A program made the position numbers and the translations under genes. Under the pieces are notes generated by a model. The model saw only the letters and a list, made by a program, of their open reading frames with translations, was not told the origin of the DNA and made no database searches. DNA of 64,000 nucleotides from Neocallimastix sp. 'constans' (lineage: Eukaryota): contig JBODTK010000133.1 of assembly GCA_050613775.1 (NCBI GenBank), positions 310,001 to 374,000 of the forward strand, given 5' to 3'. How positions within the stretch are numbered: the stretch's first letter is position 1; each line of letters opens with the position of its first letter. This document shows, piece after piece, positions 1 through 11,526 of this stretch.

Positions 1-603
1 GTTAAAAATTCTAAATTAATTTCTCATATATATAATCAGTTGAGAAACACACAGTATATTCCACCAGTAGAAAATGTATTTAAAATATTTTCTTTTATTG
101 ATTTAGAAAAAGTTAAAGTAGTTATTGTTGGGGATGAACCTTATGATAATGAAAATGAAATAAGCGATATTGCTATTGCCACTAAAAAAACAAATATTTT
201 ACCTCCCAAACTTTTGAGAAATATTTACACCAATTTAGAAAATCATGTCAAGGCTTATAAACCAATATCCAATCACCACTTGGATCGATGGCTTGACAAA
301 GGGATATTCTTATGTAATTTTTGTTTTACTCGTCCACGTTTCCAATCTACTCCTAAGAGTTATTATTTATTATGGGAACCATTTATTAACAATTTGGTAG
401 AATACATTTCTAATGATCATCCAGTAGTGTTCATACTATTTGATTCGATAGATTCATCCCTTCGTAAATCCATTAATGAGAGTAAATGTTCGGTTGTAAC
501 TATTCCTCATCCTATTAAAAAGTATTATCAATTCAAAAATTCAAACTGTTTTGTTAAGGCTCAACAACTTGCTTGTAACCTTGGATATACTTTTAAGTGG
601 TAA
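1..603 (+). CDS. Divergent family-1 uracil-DNA glycosylase-like protein, probably 5'-partial (frame is open from base 1)
   Basis: PPVENVF..F..IDLEKVKVVIVGDEPY resembles the UNG PP..VF...KVVILGQDPY motif. LDRWLDKGIFLCN resembles L..WA.QGVLLLN, and WEPF, VFILF and terminal HP...F..S.CF.KA follow the UNG fold order. No stop in bases 1-39 in frame. Confidence 0.85.
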   Translation, partial: VKNSKLISHIYNQLRNTQYIPPVENVFKIFSFIDLEKVKVVIVGDEPYDNENEISDIAIATKKTNILPPKLLRNIYTNLENHVKAYKPISNHHLDRWLDKGIFLCNFCFTRPRFQSTPKSYYLLWEPFINNLVEYISNDHPVVFILFDSIDSSLRKSINESKCSVVTIPHPIKKYYQFKNSNCFVKAQQLACNLGYTFKW

Positions 604-1165
604 CTTTGGTATAACTAAATTTAAATTTTACTTTAATTTCGATTTTATTAATGATTAATAAATACATAGCATTTGATTTATTCAATAAAATTTTATTAAA
701 ATGGCAGGAATATTTTCATATAGTATTTTTTAATAATATTAAAGATTTTTAAAATATTATAATAAATTTCGAAATTAAAAAAAAAAAATATTAAATATGT
801 TTTTAAATTAAATATTTTATTAAAAAATTAATAATATGTATATTCTATTTTCTTCAATGACAGTATTATATTTGATTTTGAATATTTTATATCTTGTTTA
901 TTTTTAACTTTTACCTACTTACTTATTAAATTTTATTTTTATTTTTAATTTTACTTTTTAAAAAACAAAAACTAAATCATATATAAAACGTTAGTTATTT
1001 CGAATTTATAAATTGATAAATTCATAATTTATTTTATGTAATACAAATTTTAATTAGAATTAGTTATTTTTATTTATTAATAATTTAGTCTACTCAAATA
1101 GTATCTATTAAACAAAATATTTAAAAAAAAATAGTTACACGATAATATTATTATAACTATTTAAG

Positions 1166-2593
1166 ATGAATCCAGTGATTCCTAGTAGTCATTATTTATT
1201 ATTGGATAAGCAATTATCATTAGATACTATTTTGGATAATATGTATAATCAAATATGTATCTTTAAAAATCATAAATTATATAAATCGGGAGATATTAAT
1301 TTTGAATTAGAATTTAGATTAAGAAATAAATACATCAATATTGATATTAATGATTTTGTTAAATGTATGAGTTGTCAACATCACGAGTATTTATTCAAAG
1401 AAAATAAAACGACAAGATACAGAATTATATGCGAATCAAGCTATCCAGCCAACATAAACGAAGATCAGGATATAAATCTAGAAAATGAAGAAGAAAATAA
1501 AAAAGGAAAAGAAAAGGAAGAAGAAAACAAAGAAAATAAAAAGATTTCGAAGCTTTATACATATGTCGATACCAATTCAGAAAAGGAAATCACCGAAACG
1601 CTAAATGGAAAAGTTGAATTCACCAAAAAAATGACTTTGATGACGGCTTATTATTTCGTTTATAAAATTGTACTTAGTATTGAAACCAATCTAGATGTCA
1701 GCGACATAGTAAGTTTTCTAGACAACGGTTTGGTTGAAACAGAAACAGAAAATGGTTATAATAAAAAAATTAAATCTAATAAGGGGCTAAATATTTTACA
1801 ATTCATTACTCCAACTATAAAATATAGAAAATCATATATTCTTCACAAGGATGTACGGATTGATGTAACGAAGTATGAGGATAAAAGCCAATTCGATATT
1901 GATTTCTCAAGAAATATTAATCGTGAAAGAAGTGATATGATAAACATTGTACATGATATTATGTTATTACTTGATTGTTCTAATTTTGTATTAGATTATT
2001 TATTTTATTTATTACCAAACTTTGAATTCCAAAAACCAATTACACCATCACTGGACACTATATTCGACATCGCTGATGATCTTGTAAAAAACACGTTCTT
2101 TGTGGCTGCTAAAACAGACGGATTACGTCGATTAGTCATTATCATCAATCATTTAATGTTTAGTATATCTGAGAATTTCGATGTGGAATACATAGATTGT
2201 ATTAACTCCGATCTTCATTTAGTTTTCGATTGTGAATTTGTAAATGATGATTTTATCCCATTTGATATTCTTTATCATAATGTCGATTTAAGATTAAAGA
2301 GTTATAAGGAACGCATTGCTATTCTTGATTCTTTAAATTTTGACTCCTTCAAGGACAAATTTAAGCGAAAGAAAATTAGAAAATGCGGAAATTATTCCGA
2401 TTTACAAAATTTTATAGAAAATGAAATGGATAATGAAAATAAAATTTTGGTGCCAAATGATGGTATTATTATTACGGATGGTGCTTCTACTTATACTTTG
2501 CAAAGTATTATTCCTTTTGATAGCCATAGGATTGAACATATTAGAGCTTATAAGATTAAAACAAGGAAAACGGTTGATCTTCGATTTAAATAA
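1166..2593 (+). CDS. Virus-type mRNA capping enzyme (TTM RNA triphosphatase + guanylyltransferase), C-terminally truncated
   Basis: N-terminal ELEFRL, KYRKSY and RIDVT motifs. Nucleotidyltransferase motifs in order: I KTDGLR, III VFDCEF, IIIa FDIL, IV DGIII, V YKIK..TVD. Intronless. Stops just after motif V. Confidence 0.8.
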   Translation: MNPVIPSSHYLLLDKQLSLDTILDNMYNQICIFKNHKLYKSGDINFELEFRLRNKYINIDINDFVKCMSCQHHEYLFKENKTTRYRIICESSYPANINEDQDINLENEEENKKGKEKEEENKENKKISKLYTYVDTNSEKEITETLNGKVEFTKKMTLMTAYYFVYKIVLSIETNLDVSDIVSFLDNGLVETETENGYNKKIKSNKGLNILQFITPTIKYRKSYILHKDVRIDVTKYEDKSQFDIDFSRNINRERSDMINIVHDIMLLLDCSNFVLDYLFYLLPNFEFQKPITPSLDTIFDIADDLVKNTFFVAAKTDGLRRLVIIINHLMFSISENFDVEYIDCINSDLHLVFDCEFVNDDFIPFDILYHNVDLRLKSYKERIAILDSLNFDSFKDKFKRKKIRKCGNYSDLQNFIENEMDNENKILVPNDGIIITDGASTYTLQSIIPFDSHRIEHIRAYKIKTRKTVDLRFK

Positions 2594-5104
2594 TAACATA
2601 TACTATTAAAAAGGAATTATAAAAAATTATTTTTTGTTTATAAAAAATTATTTTTACAATTGAATATTAATAAATTATATATATATAAATAGAATATTTA
2701 TTATTTATTTAATTATTAAAATCAAGCCACAAATGAAAACACGCCACATTGCAAAAGGCACTAGATTCATTTTTGTATTTTATTACCATAAAACTGTAAT
2801 TCTTTAATTCTTGATAAAATAAAGAATGATTCATGTAAAACTATTTAATAATATTCAAAAATTAAATAATCATTAATAATATATCATCATGACTATAATT
2901 AAGCAAGAATTACTTAATTATTCAATATTATATAATTAAATAATCATAAATAATAAAAATAGTAAAAATAATTTATAATAATTATTATAATATTCAATAC
3001 ATAAATATTATTGATTTTCAATTGGTTTAACTTATATATCATGAAAAATATTCTTTTTAGATTAATGATTAATTCTTTCTAACAATAATATATTACATAA
3101 TAAATTTTCAAAAATATTAATTTGTTTTATTTCCAGTGTGTATCATCCTTTAGCCCCCTCAAGGCATAGGAATATTAAGGGAGTCAAAGCACATCGATAT
3201 GCTTTGGTATAGGAAGATATTGTCTCTGTTAGAAAGCTTTACTGAATGTCCAGTATTGGTGCTCTTCTAAAATACTAAAAAAAAAGTATATTTATGTCAT
3301 ATATATATAATTTTTTTTTTTAAAAAAACGAAATAATTTACTTTAAAATTAGTTAAAATTTGGATTGTTAATTAAATATTAATTAATAAATATTAATTAG
3401 TTCACTTCGTTGTAAAATTAATTTATTTCTTCTTTTTGGTATTCCATTTTTTATATATTTATATTACAAAAGATAAATAATTAAAATCTTGGGTAAATTT
3501 AATACAACCACTTGCTTTTGGATATTTTCTTTTATTTTCATAGGACATTTCCTATATTTAAAACTTTTTAATTAATTTTGAAATTAAAATAACTATCAAG
3601 ATTCAAAATATGATATCTTTTTATTAAAATCAAATTAAATAACATTAAAGCTGATAATTAAAATGTTAAATTAATAATTATTAAAAATGAATAATTTTAT
3701 ATATTTTTATTTATACTAAATTACTGGAATATTATTTTTGTTTTTATTCTAACATGAATTTAAATTAAAATTTTTTTATTTTTTTTATTTTTTTATATTT
3801 TTATTATTTTATATTTTTATTTTTTATATTTTTATTTTTTATTTTTTATTTTTTATTTTTTATTTTTTTTTTTTTTTTTGGAATTTATATCCAAAAGATA
3901 AAAATTAGAATTAAGAATTTTGGTTTAAATTCTATATATACATAATAAATATATATAAATAAAATTAATTAAAAATTTAGTAATATTTAATATATATATA
4001 TATATAATTTTATATCTTATTTTGCAGATAAAATTTATTTTATATTAAATAGAAATTTATTAATTTCATGTATTAAGAATTATTATTATTATTATTAATT
4101 TTGAATATATAGAATTTCTCTTAGTTACTGTGGTTATGGTTATTTTTAGTTTGTATTGGATTTGGTGGTACTATAAATAGAATCAAGAGTGATTGAATAT
4201 TCTAGAATTGTTTCATTTTTTTTTAATGTTTTATTATTTCATTTTTTTTATCATTTTTCATTATGATGAAATTTTTTTTATTTTGAAATAATCAAAAATG
4301 AAGAATTTAACAAATATTATATTTTCATACGGACCTGTTAATGAATATTTTATCTTTTTATATATATATATAATATTTATCATTAAAGAGTTCAAATACA
4401 TTATTTATAGACATATATTAAAAATTATTTTTTAAACTTGAGGAAATTTCATCCTTCATTTTTTTAATAATTTAATAGTATCAACTATTATTTGACCTTT
4501 TATTTTAAGAAATGATATTTCATATAACCATTAGCTGAACCAGGATATATATAATTTTATGAATAAGAATTTATAAAATTATAATATTATAATTAATAAA
4601 ATTTAATTAATAAATTTAAATAGAATATATATTTAAATGATATAAATATTAATATAAATTTAAATTTAATTATAAATAAATCCATATCTCAATATTATAT
4701 GTAAAAAAAAAAAAAAAGATAACGGAATTATATTAATTTAATAAAATATGTAATTAATATAATTTAATATTAATATATATATGCTAAGACTATATCATTG
4801 TATTTGAATGATTAATAAATAGCAATATTGTTGATATATTATAACAGCTGCAGTTAATCGCACACACACATATATATATATAGATATAATTTAATCAATT
4901 TTTTTATTCAATTATTTTTATTTTTAGAAACTTAATTTTTACAATTTTTTTTTTTTTTTAAATGAAATTTAATCATAAATAATTCTAATAATATATAGAA
5001 TTAAAAGATTAAATAATACAATAACAGCAAATAAAAGTATAAATAGAAAACTTTTTCCTACTTTTTTTTCTTCACAACAAACCTTTTTTAAATTGATGCT
5101 AAAA

Positions 5105-5150
5105 ATGATTAAAGTTATTATAACAATATTAGCACTTGGTATATTTTATA

Positions 5151-5184
<34 letters not shown>

Positions 5185-7129
5185 TTTTGAAATATATTTT
5201 ATTTCTATTATCATTACTGAAAAAATTAATATTAATAATTAATATCATATTATATATATTATATATATTATGAATAGCTTATAGTGCCTTAGCTACTAAT
5301 TCATTCATTGGTAATTATAAACGTGCAGAATTATTTGAATTAACAGATGACGCAGTTCCTGTAATTAGAAATACCTTACCAGATGAAGAATTCATAGAAT
5401 TAAAGACTATAACTAATAAAGGTTATTTCCTTTATTTACCAGATGGTGTGGTTTCTTTAAATAATTTGAAAAGTATAAATGATGTTAAGATTATTGATGA
5501 TAATATGAGAATTATTAGCACTTTAAATTATAATGCGTTTGAACAGGAAAAATTCGAAACTAAAAATGCTTCAATGACTTTTGAAATTAATGGGTATGCT
5601 TATTATTAAAAAAAATATCAGAATATTTTATTTATTATAAAATTGATAGTTATAACAATTAATAATTATATTATTTTAAATACATATATCAAAAAAAAAG
5701 TATAAAATAATTATAATGAAATAAATTTTTAAAAAAAAAATAAACTTTTTTTTTTTTTATATTTTTACTAATTTATTTATTTAATTGTTTAAATGAATTA
5801 TTTTGTTTATTAATATATTTATTAATATTTAATTTCCTTTTTTTTTTTTTTTTTTGTGTTTATATGTATAAATCTATTGAATTTATTCCATCAGAAATGT
5901 TGAAACATTCGAAAAAATTATATATAGTAAATCGGGTTACAATATAAAAATTCGTGAAGATAAAAATTTACATGGACGTACTCAAATCAAACTTCGTTCA
6001 TATGCTCGTGAAGCTATCTTTTTAAGAACAAAATTAGCAACAGATATTCATAATCATTTAGGTGCTCCATCTATTTCCTCTAATTATGCAAACTTGTATA
6101 TTAATGGTGTTTTTATGGGTTTCTATATTCTAATGGACTTTATTAAGAAATCATGAATTGAGTTTGAATATGATGATATAAAACCTACTACCTTATATGA
6201 ATGTGCTTCTACCGGTAATGATCTATCGGTTAAAGCTTCAAGTAAAAAAAGTCCTAATGAAAATGAGGATGTTACTGATAACTCTTGAATGGATAGAATT
6301 CTTAACAGCTTTAGAAAATACCGAATCTGCAAAAGATATCGAAGATATCTTTGATATTGATTTATTTTTAACTGAAATTGCCAATGAATATTTAGTTGAC
6401 TCATGGGATCATTACCTTATCATGGGACACAACTTCAGTTTATATAAGCCAAAGAATGATAAATGGAAGTAACTTACTTATGATTTCGATGCTGATTTTG
6501 GTCAAGATATTTCTGTTGGTTTCTCTGATATGCAAACTCCTCCAGTTACTTCTGATCGATCTGAATTTACAAAATATTCATTCAAAGAATAGGTACATAC
6601 AAAACATCATATCATTGATATCTTGATTTTTAAAGATTCTACTCTTTTTGATAGTATTCTTAAAAAATTAGTTGAAGATGTTTTCAATCCAGCCACTCTT
6701 TTCCCACATATTGATAAATTAAAAAAATTTGTTAAACCCTACGTTAAATTGGATAAGACTCCAGATAAAAATGGTAAATTACCAGGTAGAATGCATGAAG
6801 GAGTAGGAGATTATACATTAGAAGAATGGGATGCTAATTGTGAATTTACTTCTGTTGGAAGTATGCAAGAGAGTAGAACCTATGGTTTAAAGTATTGGAT
6901 TCTTGAAAAGAACAGATATGTTTGTACTGAATACAACATGAAATGTGATCCTATTTATATGAATAAGAAATACAAATATTCTGTCAATAAAAAAGTTGAA
7001 TCTCATGTTGGAAATGATACGTGGTTTGTAAGTCCTAATAACGATCAACCAACTGAAACTACTGATGAAAAGAAAACTAAAACAAAGAAAACTAAAACTA
7101 CTAAAATTAAGAAAAACAAGTCAGACTAA
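5105..7129 (+). pseudogene. cotH: Secreted CotH-family kinase pseudogene. Exons about 5105-5138, 5278-5593, 5895-7129
   Basis: Signal peptide MIKVIITILAL/AYSALA across a GT-AG intron. Motifs GRTQIKLR, LYING.FMGFYILMD, DSWDHY...GHNF and YDFDADFG. Stops at 6154 (TGA), 6470 (TAA) and about 6590 (TAG), plus a frameshift at about 6285. Confidence 0.85.
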
Positions 7130-7577
7130 AAGAATTAAAACATTTTTAATTAATAAAATGCTATAATTAATATTAAAGAAAATTTCTCATAATACTTTTA
7201 CAAAATAATTTTTTTTTTTTTTTTTAATTTTGTAGAATTTAATTTTTTTTTTTTTGAGGAATTATTGCTAAAAAAAAAGTATTGATATCAATTAATACTT
7301 TTTTTTTGTAAAAAGTATGAACAATTATAAAAATATATATAAAAAAAGTATAATTTTTATTGAAAAACTAATACTTAAAATATATATTTTAAATTGAACT
7401 TTTTTCAAAAAAAAAAAAAAAAAAAAAAAAAATAAAATAAAGTATTATAAACTTAAATGTATGAGTTACTATACATATATATAGTTTGTTATTTTAAAAA
7501 AAAAAATATTGTATATTTCTTATTTATAATAAAATAAAAAAAATATTAAAATTAATGAACTTAAAACGAAATATATT

Positions 7578-7750
<173 letters not shown>

Positions 7751-7864
7751 TGTATTACATTAATAGTATATTTTTGTTTTTTGTAATTATATTTTCTTTG
7801 TTTCTAATATATATAAAAACTGTGTCAGTAATTTTTAATGTATAATTATAATTATAAATTTTAT

Positions 7865-8065
7865 TTTATAACATTTGATTAAAGGTAATTTTTAAAAGTA
7901 GAAAATTAGAAAATCCTTTTGATACAAATAAAATAAATAAATAAAACATAAATAAATAAATATATAAAAAAAAATATATATATATAAATACATTTTATTT
8001 TTTGGAAGGTTCAGTAACATATTTAAAGATAAACATATAATACAGTATTTAATAGATCAAATAAT
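7865..8065 (+). repeat. Internally deleted duplicate of the ankyrin locus
   Basis: 7865-8028 matches 11236-11403 (AAAGGTAATTTTTAAAAGTA...GGAAGGTTCAGTAACATATTTAAAG). 8024-8060 matches 13718-13754. Confidence 0.8.
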
Positions 8066-8190
8066 GAAAAAAAAAAAGAAATAATTAAAAAAAGATAATA
8101 TATATATAATATGAAATAGAAAATACAATAGAAATAAGGAAAGAAAAAACAAAAAAAAGAAATTAGTTTAATTTTTTTTTTTTTTTTATA

Positions 8191-9303
8191 TTATTTTATT
8201 TTATTTTATTTTATTTTATTTTATTTTATTTTATTTTATTTTATTTTATTTTATTTTATTTTATTCAATCTGTACTTATATTTATGTTTCTACTATTTAT
8301 TTTATTTTATTTTATTTTATTTTATTTTATTTTATTTTATTTTATTTTATTTTATTTTATTTTATTTTATTTTATTTTATTTTATTTTATTCAATCTGTA
8401 CTTATATTTATGTTTCTACTATTTATTTTATTTTATTTTATTTTATTTTATTTTATTTTATTTTATTCAATCTGTACTTATATTTATGTTTCTACTATTT
8501 ATTTTATTTTATTTTATTTTATTTTATTTTATTTTATTTTATTTTATTTTATTTTATTTTATTTTATTTTATTTTATTCAATCTGTACTTATATTTATGT
8601 TTCTACTATTTATTTTATTTTATTTTATTTTATTCAATCTGTACTTATATTTATGTTTCTACTATTTATTTTATTTTATTTTATTTTATTTTATTTTATT
8701 TTATTTTATTTTATTTTATTTTATTTTATTTTATTTTATTTTATTTTATTTTATTCAATCTGTACTTATATTTATGTTTCTACTATTTATTTTATTTTAT
8801 TTTATTTTATTTTATTTTATTTTATTTTATTTTATTTTATTTTATTTTATTCAATCTGTACTTATATTTATGTTTCTACTATTTATTTTATTTTATTTTA
8901 TTTTATTTTATTTTATTTTATTTTATTTTATTTTATTTTATTTTATTTTATTTTATTTTATTTTATTTTATTTTATTTTATTTTATTTTATTTTATTTTA
9001 TTTTATTTTATTTTATTTTATTTTATTTTATTTTATTTTATTTTATTTTATTTTATTTTATTTTATTTTATTTTATTTTATTTTATTTTATTTTATTTTA
9101 TTTTATTTTATTTTATTTTATTTTATTTTATTTTATTTTATTTTATTTTATTTTATTTTATTTTATTTTATTTTATTTTATTAAATCTGTACTTTATATT
9201 CATATTTCTACTATTTATTTTATTTTATTTTATTTTATTTTATTTTATTCAATCTGTACTTTATATTCATATTCTACTATTTATTTTATTTTATTTTATT
9301 TTA
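8191..9303. repeat. Composite satellite: (TTTTA)n tracts punctuated by nine ~30-bp units CAATCTGTACTTATATTTATGTTTCTACTA
   Basis: Units at 8266, 8392, 8468, 8579, 8635, 8756 and 8852, with variants at about 9184 and 9250. Confidence 0.95.
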
Positions 9304-9473
9304 TTATGATTAAACTTTTATTATTTTTAATACCTTTCCATGATAGATTTTTTAATATTATTTAAAATATTTTTCATTATTTTTAATATTATTAATTAAT
9401 TATAAATATAAAAAAAGCCCCGACACCGTACTAGTATGGTAGTTAATCATACATCCATATTAACATATGGCGG

Positions 9474-11235
9474 AGACAAGGATGCCCTCTATCTCCTATT
9501 TTATTCAATTTGTTCATTAATGATATACTGGATAATTGTGATAGGTATGGTGTATATTTAGATTCTCAATATTGTTGTGGTGGACTTTTTGCGGATGATA
9601 TTGTTTTAGTTGCTCCATCTAAACAAACTCTTAAGAAAATTTTGAATAAAGTTCATGAATGGGCTATTAAAAATGAAATGACTTTGGGAATTAATAAGTG
9701 TGCTACTCTTGTTGTAAAACCGATTAACTTTGTTAAACTGATAAACTATGAAGATCCATTTTTATTTATTGGTAGTAACAAATTACCTAAAACTGACACC
9801 TATACCTATAGTGGAATTCCTTTTGATGAATCTTTATCACTGAAACCTATACAATCTAAATTAAACAGTAATTTAAATGTCAAGTTAAATTTGTACTTTC
9901 GATTTCTTATTAATAAATCTATTCCTCTCCCATTGAAGAAATATGTTTTAATTTCGTTTATTTTTAGTCTTGTTATATATTATGCTCCTCTCTTTGGTTC
10001 AAATAAGAGCAGATGATCTAAAGCTCAAAAAATTATTAATAGAGGACTTTATTGGAGTTATGGATTTAAATCTCGTAATTCTTCTTTTAGTCTCTATGAT
10101 ATTACTGGTGAATTGAGAATACCTTCTTTTTCAGCTGTCTGTGCTATATTTCAATTACGATACTTTAGAAAATGGAAAAATTCATCATGTATTATTAATC
10201 ATCTCACTAATAATATTCCTACTATGTCACATTACTCATGGACTAAAGAATCAAGAACTTTGGATAAGAAATTAAATGGTAAAAAAAACAAATGAAATAA
10301 AAAAGTTTTATTGGGAAAGAGATGTCTTCAAACCCTCAAAAGCTAAAAAAAAGCAATTATTTATAAGGAGAATGATTTTGGATTTATTTCAGAAATCAGA
10401 AACTTAACATTTCAATATTCTAAGTATCAATTGGGATTTTTTTGGATTTCTCGAATTAGGTGTGGTTTTAAATTTGACATTAGTATTTCCATTAAAAGAA
10501 AAATCGTCTCAGAAGATTGCCCTAAATGTTGCCCTTGTTGTGGTGTTAGTGCACCTAGCTTTTCTCACTGGATCTTTGCCTGTAAAGAATTGGAAAATTA
10601 CAGAAACAAATCTTTACCTTTTCTAGATGATCTCTTTTTGAAGTTTGCAATGATAATTGAACAAAAATCCTTGGATGTTTCTTTAGATTCAGAAAAGGAT
10701 TATGATAATAATATTTATTATTATATATTGAGTGCTCTTCTTGGTGGGCGTACAATATATTCAAAAATTAAAGTTAATGATGGAGAACAAAGACAATTAG
10801 TTGACAATATTTTTAAACAAAGTTCAACTTCGTCAACTGTTCCGTATTTTGTGGGGATTGCGGAGTTTTTAACAAATGTAATACTATTAATTTGTCGATC
10901 TTTAGATTGATGATGAAATGGTATTCCATTGAATCTACTGTTGCCATGAGCGTCGACGTCGAAATGATAAGGCATGGATTTTCACCTCAAGATACAGATT
11001 CGATTGATAACACTAATACTGAAATTATTACTCGCAATAATGGACGTGGTGTTATTATCGAGGAATAGGAAAAGTTAGAGGCTATTGCTTCTAATGCATT
11101 TTTATAATTTTATAATATATAATATTTTATTTCATATATTTTATTTTTTTTTCTTTAAAATCATGTAATTTTATTATTATTATAAATTAAATAAAGTTGT
11201 TCTCTTAGTCTAAAAAAAAAAAAAAAAAAAAAAAA
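9474..11235 (+). mobile_element. 5'-truncated, decayed non-LTR (LINE) retrotransposon
   Basis: RT motifs RQGCPLSPILFNLFIND (from 9474), LFADD and INKC. C-terminal CPCC...HWIFAC zinc finger. Stops or frameshifts at 10014, about 10295 and about 10910. AATAAA at 11190 and poly(A) at 11212-11235. Confidence 0.9.
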
Positions 11236-11526
11236 TTTATAATATTTGATGAAAGGTAATTTTTAAAAGTAAAAAATTAGAAATTTTTTTGATACAAATA
11301 AAATAAATAAATAAACATAAAACATAAATAAATAAATATATAAAAAAAATATATAAATATAAATACATTTTATTTTTTGGAAGGTTCAGTAACATATTTA
11401 AAGTTACTGAATCTTCAAAAACAAACAGAATATATTTATAGACAAAAAATATATCTCTGAATAGTTAATAAAAATAAAATAAAAAATATAGATATATATA
11501 ATTTTTTTTTATCATTATAATACATT

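Noticed and set aside
1166..2593. ATP-dependent DNA ligase as an alternative call
   Set aside because: KxDG is shared with ligases, but the N-terminal ELEFR and RIDVT motifs and K.K...TVD fit capping enzymes better.
3130..4560. Possible minus-strand exon remnants
   Set aside because: Short GC-richer patches with stops and no recognisable product.
8191..9303. CRISPR-like repeat-spacer array
   Set aside because: Spacers are pure (TTTTA)n of variable length, there are no cas genes, and the context is eukaryotic.
8284..9309. 341-aa and 232-aa FILFY ORFs
   Set aside because: Translation artefacts of a stop-free pentamer satellite.
7865..11403. ~165-bp direct repeat as a LINE target-site duplication or LTR pair
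   Set aside because: Too long and diverged, not adjacent to the LINE 5' end, no TG...CA termini. Better explained by the ankyrin-locus duplication.
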